DNA of 64,000 bases from Myxococcota bacterium (GTDB lineage: Bacteria; Myxococcota_A; UBA796; SXON01): the NCBI GenBank assembly GCA_040386535.1, contig JAZKFH010000008.1:79911-143910 (forward strand), read 5' to 3'. Below the pieces are notes generated by a model. That model searched no databases. It was not told the DNA's origin and saw only the letters and a list, made by a program, of their open reading frames with translations. Below are positions 8,709-18,342 of the stretch, in pieces (the stretch's first letter is position 1; each line of letters opens with the position of its first letter). Both the position numbers and the translations under genes were made by a program.

Positions 8709-11020
8709 TGGAGCAGCGCGTTCATGCGCCCCTGGGCCTTCGACGCGAGCGGATCCCCGCTGTCGTCCACGTAGGTGAGCACCTTCTGGTACAGCGCCAG
8801 CGCCTTGTCGGTCTGGTTGATGTCCTCGAGCACGCGGGCCTCCTTGTAGATCTCGGAGGCCTGCTCCTTGAGGCGCTTGCGCACGTCGGCGAGCTTGGTC
8901 GCGGCGGCGTCGTTGTACGGGTCGGTCTTCACGGTCGTGGCGAGCTGGTTGCGGGCGGTGACCAGGTCGCCGCTCTTGTAGGCGGACAGGCCCGCGGTGT
9001 AGGCCTTCTTGCTGTCGGCCTTCATCTGGTCCTTCGCGTTCCGGATGCCCTCTTCCGCCTGGTAGTACTGGGGGGCGCCGCGGGTGGGATCGGCGTCGAG
9101 CACGGCCTCCCACTGGCGCACGGCCTTGGTCAGGTTGCCCTTGTCGAAGTCCCGTTGGGCCGCCGCGACCATGTCCGCGAGCGACGCGAGCTTCTTCTCC
9201 TCACGACGGGTGGCGACGCCCCGCGCGATCGAGGTCTGGCGCTGCTGGAGCTGGCCTCCGGCCTCGACCAGCTCGGGATCCTCGGGGTTGAGCTCGAGGG
9301 CGGCGGCGAGCAGCGCCCGCGCGGCGTCGATCGTGGAGGCGTCCTTGCGGGCGGCGGCCACGGCCACGAGGGCCTGGGCCTTGGCGTCGGCGCGTTGGGT
9401 CGCGGAGACCGAGCGGGCGGTGAGGCCCTCGTACATCCGCTGCATCGCGATGAACTCGCACGCGACGTACCCCATGCGCTCGGCGTCGGGGTTGCCGGGG
9501 TCGATCTGCTGCACCTTGTAGAACTGCGCCGCGGCCTCGAACTGCTTGCCCTCGGTGAAGAGGCGCATGCCGTCCGCCATGAGGGCGGAGACCTCGTCCC
9601 GCGTGACGGGGTCGAGCGCGAGGCGGGCGACGGGCGCGGCGATCGGGGCGGCGGGCACGGCGACCGCGGCGGAGGCGCCGGAGGCCTCACCGGGGGCCAC
9701 TGAGGCGGGGACGATGGGCGCCGCGGCGGTGGCCGTGGTCGCCACCGGCGTGGTGGGCGTGAGGATGGTCGACACCATGTCGAACACCATCCGCGCGCCG
9801 ACGAACAGGCCGGCCATCACCAGCACGCCCACGGAGATCTGGTTGATCGGGCGGGAGAAGAACCCGGTGCTCCGGCGCGTCACGCGCCCCTTCGGGCCCT
9901 TGCGTGCCTTGACCTTGGCCACGTCGAAGTCGAGCTCGACCTCGGGCGCCGACGACATCGACTGGGGCGGCGGGGGCGGCGGGAGCGTGGCGGGCGACGG
10001 CCGCGGGACCCCCAGGGCCTTGGGCGCGAACGGGAGTGAGGGCGGGGGCGGCACGGCGCGGTCGGACGCGCTCCGATCGTTCCCGCCGGCGGCGCGCGGG
10101 GGGGCGGCGGGCGGAGACGGCGGCGGCAGGGGATCGAGCGGCGGCTGGGTCTTGAGGTGCGCGATGTTGGGCTGGGAGGCCTGCGGCCGGGCGGGAGCCG
10201 ATGCCTGCGGTTTGGAGCCCTCCAGCTTGGGAGGCGGCGGGGTGGCGTGGCGCGCGAGGTTCGGGGGGGGGCCCGGATCCGGCGCAGGCATCCCGGAAGT
10301 GAACATGACCGCGTCGAACGCCTCCGTCCGGTCGCTGTGCTCCTCGATGGCGGGCGCCTGCGCCGCCACGAAGGCCATCTCCACGGTGCCGATGCGCACG
10401 CGGTCGCCGTCGGCCAGGACCTTCTCGCGGATCCGGCGGCCGTTGACCCAGGTGCCGTTGGAGCTGCCGCGGTCCCGCACCCAGTAGCTTCCGGCGGTCT
10501 CCCCGACGTCGGCATGCAGGCGCGACGCGGCGGGCTCGGGGAGCACGATGCTCGCCTTCTCCGAGCGCCCCAACGTGAGCGTGCCGCCCGGGGGGATGTC
10601 GAAGGTGCGTGGGTCCATCCGGTGCGCGGACACGAGCTCGAGGCGGGCGAAGGATGGGGCCAGGCCGCCGACCAGCACCGTGGCGTCCCCGCCGGCGGTG
10701 ACCTCCGCGGTGGTGTCTCCGCCCGACACGTAGAAGCCGAGGGTGAACGGGTCGATCATGACCTCGTCGCCATCGCTCACCGGGAGGCGCGTGATCCGCT
10801 TGCCCTGGTGGAGCGTGCCGTTTCCGCTGCCCATGTCCTCGACGACGACGCCGCTCTCCTCCACCACGATGCGCGCGTGGCGGCGGGACACGCCGATCTC
10901 GGACAGCACGACGTCGTTGTCGTCCGCGCGCCCCAGCACGACGGTGCCGGGCACGAGCACCATCCGGCGCTCCGGATGTCCGTCCCTGCGGATCACCAGC
11001 TCCACCTGCCGCGCCAACAT
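8705..11020 (-). CDS. Two FHA domains + Pro-rich linker + TM + TPR-like periplasmic region
   Basis: LGR...VSRRHA...DMGSGNGT and LGR...ASRLHA...DRGSSNGT; TM segment ISVGVLVMAGLFVGA; TPR-like helices. Confidence 0.9.
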   Translation of the reverse strand: MLARQVELVIRRDGHPERRMVLVPGTVVLGRADDNDVVLSEIGVSRRHARIVVEESGVVVEDMGSGNGTLHQGKRITRLPVSDGDEVMIDPFTLGFYVSGGDTTAEVTAGGDATVLVGGLAPSFARLELVSAHRMDPRTFDIPPGGTLTLGRSEKASIVLPEPAASRLHADVGETAGSYWVRDRGSSNGTWVNGRRIREKVLADGDRVRIGTVEMAFVAAQAPAIEEHSDRTEAFDAVMFTSGMPAPDPGPPPNLARHATPPPPKLEGSKPQASAPARPQASQPNIAHLKTQPPLDPLPPPSPPAAPPRAAGGNDRSASDRAVPPPPSLPFAPKALGVPRPSPATLPPPPPPQSMSSAPEVELDFDVAKVKARKGPKGRVTRRSTGFFSRPINQISVGVLVMAGLFVGARMVFDMVSTILTPTTPVATTATAAAPIVPASVAPGEASGASAAVAVPAAPIAAPVARLALDPVTRDEVSALMADGMRLFTEGKQFEAAAQFYKVQQIDPGNPDAERMGYVACEFIAMQRMYEGLTARSVSATQRADAKAQALVAVAAARKDASTIDAARALLAAALELNPEDPELVEAGGQLQQRQTSIARGVATRREEKKLASLADMVAAAQRDFDKGNLTKAVRQWEAVLDADPTRGAPQYYQAEEGIRNAKDQMKADSKKAYTAGLSAYKSGDLVTARNQLATTVKTDPYNDAAATKLADVRKRLKEQASEIYKEARVLEDINQTDKALALYQKVLTYVDDSGDPLASKAQGRMNALLQ

Positions 11021-11086
11021 GGACCGGTACGACCTCCGCCGCGGAGTCTATCCTACTCGTCCGCCGACATGCCCATCGGCGAGGCG

Positions 11087-12121
11087 CTACCGGCCGGCGG
11101 CGGCGTCCTTCGCCTTCTGGAGGTACTCGGTGGCCCGCACGTTCATGGGGTCGGCCGGATCGGGGACGAGCATCCGGACGGTCTCCCAGGAGGCGACCGC
11201 CTGGGAGAACTGCATGCTGTCGAAGTACCGCATGCCCGCGTCGAACTGCTGCTGCACCTTCGTCGCGAGCTCGGTGTCGATGCGGCCGATGCGCACGGTG
11301 CAGATCTCACAGGAGGCGTCGAGCTTCAACGCCATCTGGTAGTGCTTCTTCGCGTCGGCCAGCCGCCCGCTGTCGTACATCCCCTGCGCCATCTCCAGCA
11401 GCTCGCGCGAGCTCGTGCCCGCCGGGGCGTCGGGGACGTTGGCCAGCGAGCCGCTCGGGTCCGCGCCCGCCACGACGGCCAGGGCCTGCGCGACGCTCGG
11501 CGCGCCCGGGGCGGCGGCGGCGGCCGCGGTGGCGCTGGCGGCGGCGATGGCAGGCTCTCCTCCCGCCGGCGAGCCTGTCGTGGGCTCGAGCAGCGTCGTG
11601 AGCGAGTAGGCGGATTGCGGCGTGGTCGCCGCGGCACCGGCGGACTCGTCCGGGCCGGCGAGAAAGCCGATGCAGGCGATGAAGCTCGCCACGACGAAGA
11701 TGACCACGACGAACGGCCAGATCTTCCAGCGGGGCGCGGCGGCTTGCGGGCGTGACGGCGCCGCGGGCTTGGGAGCGGGGGGCGGGGCCGCGGCGGTGAC
11801 CGGACGGGGCGCGGTGGCGGTGCCCGACGCGACGACCTCGAACACGTGGGTCCCAACCGAGAGCTGGTCTCCCACCTTCATCTGCTTGTGGTCGGGGACC
11901 CGTTCGCCGTTGACGAAGATCCCGTTGCGCGAGCCGGCGTCCTGCACCCAGACGGAGCCGTTGTGCAGCAACACGCGGGCGTGCTGGCGGCTCACCCCCG
12001 CGTCGTCGATGTGGACCTCGTTGCCCGCTTCGCGACCGATCCGGAGCCCCTCCGGCGTGATCCCGAACCGCTGGCCGGCGAGCAGCCCCTGGGTGCCGAG
12101 CAACGCGTGGCCACGTTCCAT
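11087..12121 (-). CDS. FHA domain + TM + TPR-like protein
   Basis: IGR...VSRQHA...DAGSRNGI; TM segment WPFVVVIFVVASFIACIGFLAG. Confidence 0.88.
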   Translation of the reverse strand: MERGHALLGTQGLLAGQRFGITPEGLRIGREAGNEVHIDDAGVSRQHARVLLHNGSVWVQDAGSRNGIFVNGERVPDHKQMKVGDQLSVGTHVFEVVASGTATAPRPVTAAAPPPAPKPAAPSRPQAAAPRWKIWPFVVVIFVVASFIACIGFLAGPDESAGAAATTPQSAYSLTTLLEPTTGSPAGGEPAIAAASATAAAAAAPGAPSVAQALAVVAGADPSGSLANVPDAPAGTSSRELLEMAQGMYDSGRLADAKKHYQMALKLDASCEICTVRIGRIDTELATKVQQQFDAGMRYFDSMQFSQAVASWETVRMLVPDPADPMNVRATEYLQKAKDAAAGR

Positions 12122-12198
12122 CTCGCCGTTTCTCCTGGTATCTGGGCCGGACCGCGGCGCCCCGAACGGGCGACGGGAGCCGTCCCAGAGGAACTAAC

Positions 12199-13938
12199 TC
12201 ATCTTGGACGAGAGCCGCCCCCGGCACGTGCGCGTGCGAGCACGCGGTTGATGCTGTGGGCCAGCTGCTCCAGCTGCGCCAGCCGGATGGGCGAGGCGAC
12301 GTCGTGCGAGTCGCCGAGGAGCGCGAGCTCTGTCTCTTCGCGGAGCGCGACCAGCGGGCGGAGGAGCAGCCACCATCCGCCGGCCACCAGCATGGCCGCG
12401 ACCACGGCGCTCACGAACAGGCCGGACACGACGCCGAACCACCCGCTTCCGTCGGCGACCGCGCCGGGATCGTACGAGAGGAGGGCGTAGCCGACGATCT
12501 GCCGGGGGCCCGCGCCGCCCGCCTGCCCGCGCATCGGCACGGCGATCTCGTACTTGCCGTCTTCGACCTCGGAGACGGCGGGCTCGCCGCTCGTCGAGAC
12601 GCTCTGGAAGGCCGCGGAGGTGTTCACGCTCGTGTTGAGGCGCTCGGCGGGGGCCCGCACGGTGCCGCGCGGATCCACGATGGTGGCGCTCAGCACGCCG
12701 TCACGATCGAGGATGAAGGTCGTGTCGAGGGCGATGCCGCGCTGATCGGCGAGGGCCTGCGTATTTCGGCTCGCGAGCGACTCGGTGAGGGCGACACCGC
12801 GGAGCAGGCTCACGTCGTGCACGGCCTCGGCGCGCCCTTGTACCTGCAGGAGGTTCGTGCACGAGACCAGGGCGACCACCGCGATCACGAGCAGCGCGGC
12901 CTGTGCGAGCCACGGAACGCCCGCGGCGCGCGCGGCCGGCTCCACGTCGAGCGGCGGGGGCGGCGGCGCCAGGGCGAGGCGGGGCGGGGGGCTCGGCGGC
13001 GCGCTCGAGACCGTGGGCTCCGCCGGGCGGACGCTCGGCGAGGGCGGGAGGCGCGCGGGGGGCGGCGGCGCGACGGCCGGGGCCCGGGGCGGCGGGGGCG
13101 GCGGGGGCGCGGCCTTGACGGGCGGCGGGGGCGCGCTCGGCGGCGGGGCGGTCGTGAAGCCGCCGACGGGCGGCCCGAACGGGAGCGGGGCGAGGGTCGG
13201 GCCGGGCGACGGCCGCGGGGCGGCCGGGAAGCTGGGAGGTGCGGCGCCCGCGTTGGGGGTGGCGGCCGGCTGGGCGGTCCCGAAGCCGCTCGTGGGCGGC
13301 GCGGCCGGCATCCACACGGGCGGCGCGGGGATGTCCGAGCGCGTCTCGTCCGGCTCGGCGACGATCGAGCGCGAGGGATCCGGGGGGAGGCCCCGCCCGG
13401 GACGGCTCCCGAAGCCGCCGGCGGTCGGAAAGGGGAGGATGGGCGGCGGGGGGATGGGCGCGGCGCTCTTCTGCGGCGGGGCGGCGGCGCGGGGCGGCGG
13501 CGCGGGGGACCAGGGCGGCGGGGCGGGCGCCGCGACGGGGGCGGCCGGCACCGGGGCGGGCGCAAACGCGGGCGCCTCGGGCGCCGGAGATTCGGCGGTC
13601 TCCTCGTCGAGGAGCACGTCGTCGTCCTCTTCTTCGAGGAGCAGATCGTCGCTCGGGCCTTCGAGCCGGAGCATGTAGTCCCCCACCTGGACCCGCTCGC
13701 CGGGCGAGAGCACGAGGTGCGACACCCGCGTACCGTCGGCGGAGAGGATGCCGTTGTGGGACTCCAGATCCCGCACCTCGACCGAGCCGTCGACCACCTG
13801 GAACATGGCGTGCCGACGCGACACCCGCTTGCTCGGCAGGAAGATCTCACACTCGGGGCCACGGCCGGCGTGGTTGATGCCGGGGCGCAGGTCGAACGGG
13901 CCCGCGGGAGACGGACCCCGCAAAACGATCAGGCGCAC
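12199..13938 (-). CDS. FHA domain + Pro-rich linker + TM/periplasmic sensor-like/TM + HAMP-like tail
   Basis: AGR...VSRRHA...DLESHNGI; two TM segments; LLRPLVAL...QLEQLAHSINRVL resembles HAMP. Confidence 0.85.
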   Translation of the reverse strand: MRLIVLRGPSPAGPFDLRPGINHAGRGPECEIFLPSKRVSRRHAMFQVVDGSVEVRDLESHNGILSADGTRVSHLVLSPGERVQVGDYMLRLEGPSDDLLLEEEDDDVLLDEETAESPAPEAPAFAPAPVPAAPVAAPAPPPWSPAPPPRAAAPPQKSAAPIPPPPILPFPTAGGFGSRPGRGLPPDPSRSIVAEPDETRSDIPAPPVWMPAAPPTSGFGTAQPAATPNAGAAPPSFPAAPRPSPGPTLAPLPFGPPVGGFTTAPPPSAPPPPVKAAPPPPPPPRAPAVAPPPPARLPPSPSVRPAEPTVSSAPPSPPPRLALAPPPPPLDVEPAARAAGVPWLAQAALLVIAVVALVSCTNLLQVQGRAEAVHDVSLLRGVALTESLASRNTQALADQRGIALDTTFILDRDGVLSATIVDPRGTVRAPAERLNTSVNTSAAFQSVSTSGEPAVSEVEDGKYEIAVPMRGQAGGAGPRQIVGYALLSYDPGAVADGSGWFGVVSGLFVSAVVAAMLVAGGWWLLLRPLVALREETELALLGDSHDVASPIRLAQLEQLAHSINRVLARARAGGGSRPR

Positions 13939-14291
13939 GCGGGCTCCTGGATCAGCTGGTCACCGGGCGCGGTGCCGGTGCGCGCGATCATGCCGACGGG
14001 GAGCTCCAGCGCCACCGCGGCGCCGAAGTAGGGGCGGGTCATCGCCCAGGGGCGCAGGGTGGGGACGATGGCGACCACGCGCCCCTCCTTCGTCGCGAAC
14101 ACGACGTCGATCGGAAAGCGCATGAACCACATGTGGACGGAGTTGCAGGGCTGGAGCCAGAGCCCGGAGCCCTCGGGCAGCCCCTCGCGGCCGAGCAGGC
14201 CCTTCAGGCGGTCCCAGTAGCCGACGGCGAGCCCCGCCCGCTCCGCCAGGACCGTGCCGCGCGTCGTGTTCTGGACCCGCACGTCAACCAC
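13929..14291 (-). CDS. DUF192 domain protein
   Basis: RLKGLLGR, PCNSVHMWFMRFPIDVVF, ALELPVG motifs. Confidence 0.9.
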   Translation of the reverse strand: MVDVRVQNTTRGTVLAERAGLAVGYWDRLKGLLGREGLPEGSGLWLQPCNSVHMWFMRFPIDVVFATKEGRVVAIVPTLRPWAMTRPYFGAAVALELPVGMIARTGTAPGDQLIQEPACA

Positions 14292-15237
14292 CGAAACCTC
14301 CCCCGGCGGGCGGCGCGACGGCGTTCTCCAGCACCCCGGTGCCGAACACGAAGTTCAGCACGATGGGCCCGAAGATCACGATGAACACGGCCGGCATGAT
14401 GAAGAGGATGAGCGGGAAGAGGATCTTGGTCGCCGCGTAGGCGCCCGCGCGCTCGGCGGCCTGGAAGCGCTGGGTCCGGATGAGGTCGGACTGCGCGCGG
14501 AGGACGGGGCCGATCGAGGCGCCGAGGATGTCGGCCTGGATGAGGAGCGCGGCGAAGGAGCGCAGCTCCGGCATGTCGGTGCGGCGCGCGAGGTTGCGGA
14601 GCGCCTGCTGGCGGCTCGCGCCGACCTGGATCTCCCGCAACATGAAGGCCAGCTCATCGATGAGCGGGCCCGAGCGCGCCTTCTCGCACACCTTGTGGAC
14701 GCCCGCGATGAAGTCGAGGCCGGCCTCGACCGACAGCGTCAAGAGATCCATCACGTAGGGGAGGCTGCGGCGGATGTTCGCCTGCCTCTCCTGCACCTGG
14801 CCGCGCAGCCAGATGTCGGGGAAGAACGAGCCGAGCACCACGACGCCGACCTGGATGAGGATGTGCGGCGAGGTCCCGATGATGAGGTAGCAGAGCAGGA
14901 CGATGAACAGGAACCAGTAGAGGATCGCTGTCGAGAGCTTGTAGGCGAGGAACTCGTCCGTCGTGAGGCGGCCGGTCATGCCCGCGGTGACGAACGCGCG
15001 CTCGATCCGCTGGCGGTAGGGCAACAGGCCCATCCCGCGCGTGACCGGCACGAACAGGCTGTACATGGGCCGGAACGCATCCACGAGGACGGCCTGGTCG
15101 ACAGCCTCGACCCCGTTTTCGCCCCCGAGCCGGCGCTCGAGCTCCTTGCGGTCCGTGTCCGGGAAGATCGCCCGCATGACCACGAACATGGCCCCGGCGA
15201 ACACGGCGAGGAGCAGCAGGGAGAGGGGCGGGACCAT
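14284..15237 (-). CDS. tadC: Tad pilus inner-membrane platform protein (T2SS F family, TadC-like)
   Basis: LPYVMDLLTLSVEAGLDF, SRQQALRNLARR, QADILGASIG, KILFPLILFIMPAVFIVIFGP. Confidence 0.88.
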   Translation of the reverse strand: MVPPLSLLLLAVFAGAMFVVMRAIFPDTDRKELERRLGGENGVEAVDQAVLVDAFRPMYSLFVPVTRGMGLLPYRQRIERAFVTAGMTGRLTTDEFLAYKLSTAILYWFLFIVLLCYLIIGTSPHILIQVGVVVLGSFFPDIWLRGQVQERQANIRRSLPYVMDLLTLSVEAGLDFIAGVHKVCEKARSGPLIDELAFMLREIQVGASRQQALRNLARRTDMPELRSFAALLIQADILGASIGPVLRAQSDLIRTQRFQAAERAGAYAATKILFPLILFIMPAVFIVIFGPIVLNFVFGTGVLENAVAPPAGGGFGG

Positions 15238-15249
15238 GGCGGCGGTAGT

Positions 15250-16104
15250 CTACCAGCCGCCGATGTCGAGCACCCCCCGAATGGTGTCGATGTCCACCGC
15301 GACCTCGGTGAAGAGCGCGAACGACAACGCGCCCTGATGCATCAGCATGCCGATCCCCCGCTGGATCCGGACACCCCGCGCGGCGCACGCGACCAGCTGG
15401 GGCGGGTCCGCCATCCAGTAGTTCGCGTCGGTCCACACGGCGCCCCGCGGGAGCCCGCGGATGTCGAGGGCCGCCACCGCGGGCGTCGCGTCGCCCGAGG
15501 TGCAGTTGATCACGAGTTCCGCACCCGTCGCGACGGCGTCGAACGCCTCGGACGTGAGCGGGCCGGGCGTGAAGCGGGTGATCGGGTACGCGGCGGCGAG
15601 GGAGGTGCACGCGCTCTCCGCGCGCGCCTCGGTGCGGTTGAGCAGGTGCACGTCGACCGCGCCGTGGGCGGCGAGCGCGGCGGCCACGGCGCGACCGGTC
15701 CCCCCGGCGCCGAGGACGATGGCGCGGCGGCCCGCCGGGAGCACGCCCATCTCCTCGACCAGGGCGCGCACGTAGCCCTCGCCGTCGGTGTTGTGGCCCA
15801 CCAGCGCCCCGTCTTCCCGCAACACGACGTTCACGGCGCCCGCGAGCCGCGCGCTCTCGGAGAGCCGATCGAGGCCGGGCACCACCCGCTCCTTGAAGGG
15901 CACCGTGAGGTTCACGCCCGCGAGCGCGAGGGTGCGGATCGCGTCGGCGACGCCCGCGGCGCGGGCGGGAGGCACGTCGAGGGCCACGTAGATGGCGTCG
16001 ATCCGCTTGCGACGGAACAGCTCGTTGTGCATCGCGGGCGACAGGCTGTGGCGCACGGGGTGCCCGACCAGCCCGAACACGCGCGTGCGGCCGGTGATCA
16101 ACAC
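15250..16104 (-). CDS. aroE: Shikimate dehydrogenase
   Basis: GHPVRHSLSPAMHN, NLTVPFK, GHNTDGEG, GAGGTG, GMLMHQGA; start is GTG 16104 or TTG 16101. Confidence 0.93.
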   Translation of the reverse strand: MLITGRTRVFGLVGHPVRHSLSPAMHNELFRRKRIDAIYVALDVPPARAAGVADAIRTLALAGVNLTVPFKERVVPGLDRLSESARLAGAVNVVLREDGALVGHNTDGEGYVRALVEEMGVLPAGRRAIVLGAGGTGRAVAAALAAHGAVDVHLLNRTEARAESACTSLAAAYPITRFTPGPLTSEAFDAVATGAELVINCTSGDATPAVAALDIRGLPRGAVWTDANYWMADPPQLVACAARGVRIQRGIGMLMHQGALSFALFTEVAVDIDTIRGVLDIGGW

Positions 16105-17024
16105 GAGAGGAGCTCGCGCGCGCGCACCACGTCGCGCCCGATCTGGTCGACCAGGGCCGCCACCCCGTCGAACCGCTGCTCGCCGCGCACCCGGGCGATC
16201 AGCTGCACCGTGAGGTTGCGCCCGTAAAGATCGCCCGCGAAGTCGAAGAGGTGCACCTCGACGCGCGGCGCGGTGCCGCCGAACGTGGGGCGGACGCCGA
16301 TGTTGGCGATCCCGGGCAACCACGGGCCGGCGTCGTCGACGCGGGCGCGCACGGCGTACACGCCGAACCCCGGGAGCAGCTCGACCCGGCTCTCCACGTT
16401 GGCCGTGGGAAAACCGATCGTGCGCCCGCGCTGGTCTCCGGTCACCACGGGGCCCTTCAACATGTGCGGGCGGCGCAGGAGCACCGCGGCCTCCTCCACC
16501 GCGCCCGACGCGACGAGGCGACGAACGCGGGACGACGACACCGGCAGGCCGCCCGCGGTCTCCGCCTCCACCTCTTCGACGGGCACGTCCGGGAGCCACT
16601 GGCGCAGCGCGGCCACGTCTCCCTGGCGCTGGTGGCCGAAGCGGAAGTCGTAGCCGACGACCACGCCGCGCGCGCGGAGCCGCCGCCCGAGCAGCTCCTC
16701 CGCGAACCACCGGGCCGAGCGGCCGGCGAACTCCCGCGTGAACGGCTCCACCACCACGGCGTCGATGCCCTCCTCGCCGAGGAGCCGCACGCGGTCCTCC
16801 AGCGTCAGGATGCGCGGCTGGTGCCGCTCGGGAGCGAGGACCGCGGTCGGCGCGGGGTCGAACGTGAGCACACACGACGGCGCACCCTGGCGTTCGGCGA
16901 GGGCGAAGAGGCGACGGAACACCGCCCGATGCCCGTCGTGCACGCCGTCGAAATTGCCGATCGCCACGACCGGACCGGGCTGGTCGGACGGCCATGCGGT
17001 GGAGCCGGCGTAGACGCGTGTCAT
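16098..17024 (-). CDS. ribF: Bifunctional riboflavin kinase/FAD synthetase
   Basis: IGNFDGVHDGH, VGYDFRFG, VSSSRVR, GRTIGFPTAN, EVHLFDF. Confidence 0.97.
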   Translation of the reverse strand: MTRVYAGSTAWPSDQPGPVVAIGNFDGVHDGHRAVFRRLFALAERQGAPSCVLTFDPAPTAVLAPERHQPRILTLEDRVRLLGEEGIDAVVVEPFTREFAGRSARWFAEELLGRRLRARGVVVGYDFRFGHQRQGDVAALRQWLPDVPVEEVEAETAGGLPVSSSRVRRLVASGAVEEAAVLLRRPHMLKGPVVTGDQRGRTIGFPTANVESRVELLPGFGVYAVRARVDDAGPWLPGIANIGVRPTFGGTAPRVEVHLFDFAGDLYGRNLTVQLIARVRGEQRFDGVAALVDQIGRDVVRARELLSC

Positions 17025-17101
17025 GAGCGCGCCTGCCTATCGGGAGGGGGCCCTCCACGCTACGACGAGGGCGCTACCGCCCGCCCGCGACCACGCCGCT
17101 C

Positions 17102-18229
17102 CTACGACCACGCCACCGGCCACGTCGCGGAGGGGCGCGCGATGAAGTGCCCCTGGAGGAGGTGCGCGCCCGTGCGGATGAGCGCCCGCGCCTCGTCCTC
17201 GGTCTCCACCCCCTCCGCGACCAGCGTGGCGCCGGTGGCGTTCGCGAAGGTCAGCAGCAGGTCGACGAGGCGCTGCTTCTGCACCTTCAGGTGCACGTCG
17301 CGCACGATGCTCATGTCGAGCTTGATGAAGGCGGGGCGCAGCTCCGCGAGCAACGAGAGGCCGCCGTAGCCGCTGCCGAGGTCGTCCAGGGCGAAGCGGA
17401 AGCCGAGGGCCTCGAGCTTCGTGATCGAGCGCTCGAGGTTCCCGAAGTCCCGCAGGCTCGCCCGCTCGGTGATCTCGAGCACGATGCGCGAGGCGTGGGG
17501 GACCAGCGCCGCGAACCGCTCGGTGACGGCGGGGTCGTCGAGCTGGGCGGGGTGCACGTTGACGAAGATCAGCACGTCGACGGGGATGCGCGTGGCCCAG
17601 TCCGCCGCGAGCTGGTTCACGCGCTCGCCGAGGTCACCTACCCGCCCGGCGCGCTCCACCGCCTGGAGGATGGCCATGGGGGTGGCCAGCACGGGGTGCG
17701 TGCTCCGCAGCAGGCACTCCACGGCCACGGCGCGCGTGGTCTCGCCGCACGGCACGATCGGCTGTACGACCATGTGGAGGTGGTCGCCGTCGAGCAGCTC
17801 CTGGAACAGGCGCGCGATCAGCGAGACGTCGGTCGCCGTGTCGGCGATCGTCGCGAGCCGTCGCGAGGCCTTCACCACGTCTTCCAGCAAGGTCTCCAGC
17901 TGCTCGGCGTGGAAGGGCTTCGGCAGCACCCGCAACACCTCGCCCTTGTTGATCGCGTCGACCACCACGGGAAAATCGGTGCGGCCCGTCATCAACACGC
18001 GCGCGCACCGCGGGGAGAGCTCCCGGAGGCGAGACAAGACGGTGAGGCCGTTCGGCCCCCCGGGCATGTCGTAGTCGACGAAGGCCACGTCGAAGGTTGC
18101 TTCTTGCGCCATGCGGATCGCCGCCACCCCGTCCGCCGCCTCGGCGACGGTGTGACCGAGGCGGTGCATCACGCGTGACATCGCACGTCGGACGAGAGGT
18201 TCGTCATCGACCGCGAGGATGCGCGCCAT
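17102..18229 (-). CDS. Response regulator receiver + EAL c-di-GMP phosphodiesterase
   Basis: VDDE...DYDMP...K receiver; QP, ECLLR, N, LEITE, DDLG, KLD, EGVE, QG EAL motifs. Confidence 0.92.
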   Translation of the reverse strand: MARILAVDDEPLVRRAMSRVMHRLGHTVAEAADGVAAIRMAQEATFDVAFVDYDMPGGPNGLTVLSRLRELSPRCARVLMTGRTDFPVVVDAINKGEVLRVLPKPFHAEQLETLLEDVVKASRRLATIADTATDVSLIARLFQELLDGDHLHMVVQPIVPCGETTRAVAVECLLRSTHPVLATPMAILQAVERAGRVGDLGERVNQLAADWATRIPVDVLIFVNVHPAQLDDPAVTERFAALVPHASRIVLEITERASLRDFGNLERSITKLEALGFRFALDDLGSGYGGLSLLAELRPAFIKLDMSIVRDVHLKVQKQRLVDLLLTFANATGATLVAEGVETEDEARALIRTGAHLLQGHFIARPSATWPVAWS

Positions 18230-18342
18230 GTTTGGTTTCCCTCCTGCCGAAGAAGCCCGGCGCGTGGGCGCGGGAGGCCCGAGACAGCTACCGAGGGACA
18301 GCTTAGACTGTGCGCCCCCCTCGTAGATAGTCCCGGAGGTTC

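Noticed and set aside
12900..13600. GC-rich low-complexity DNA as a non-coding repeat
   Set aside because: It encodes the Pro/Ala linker of the FHA protein
17102..18229. ECL instead of EAL as a sign of a dead phosphodiesterase
   Set aside because: The middle residue is variable, and the metal and catalytic motifs (E, N, E, DD, K, E, Q) are present
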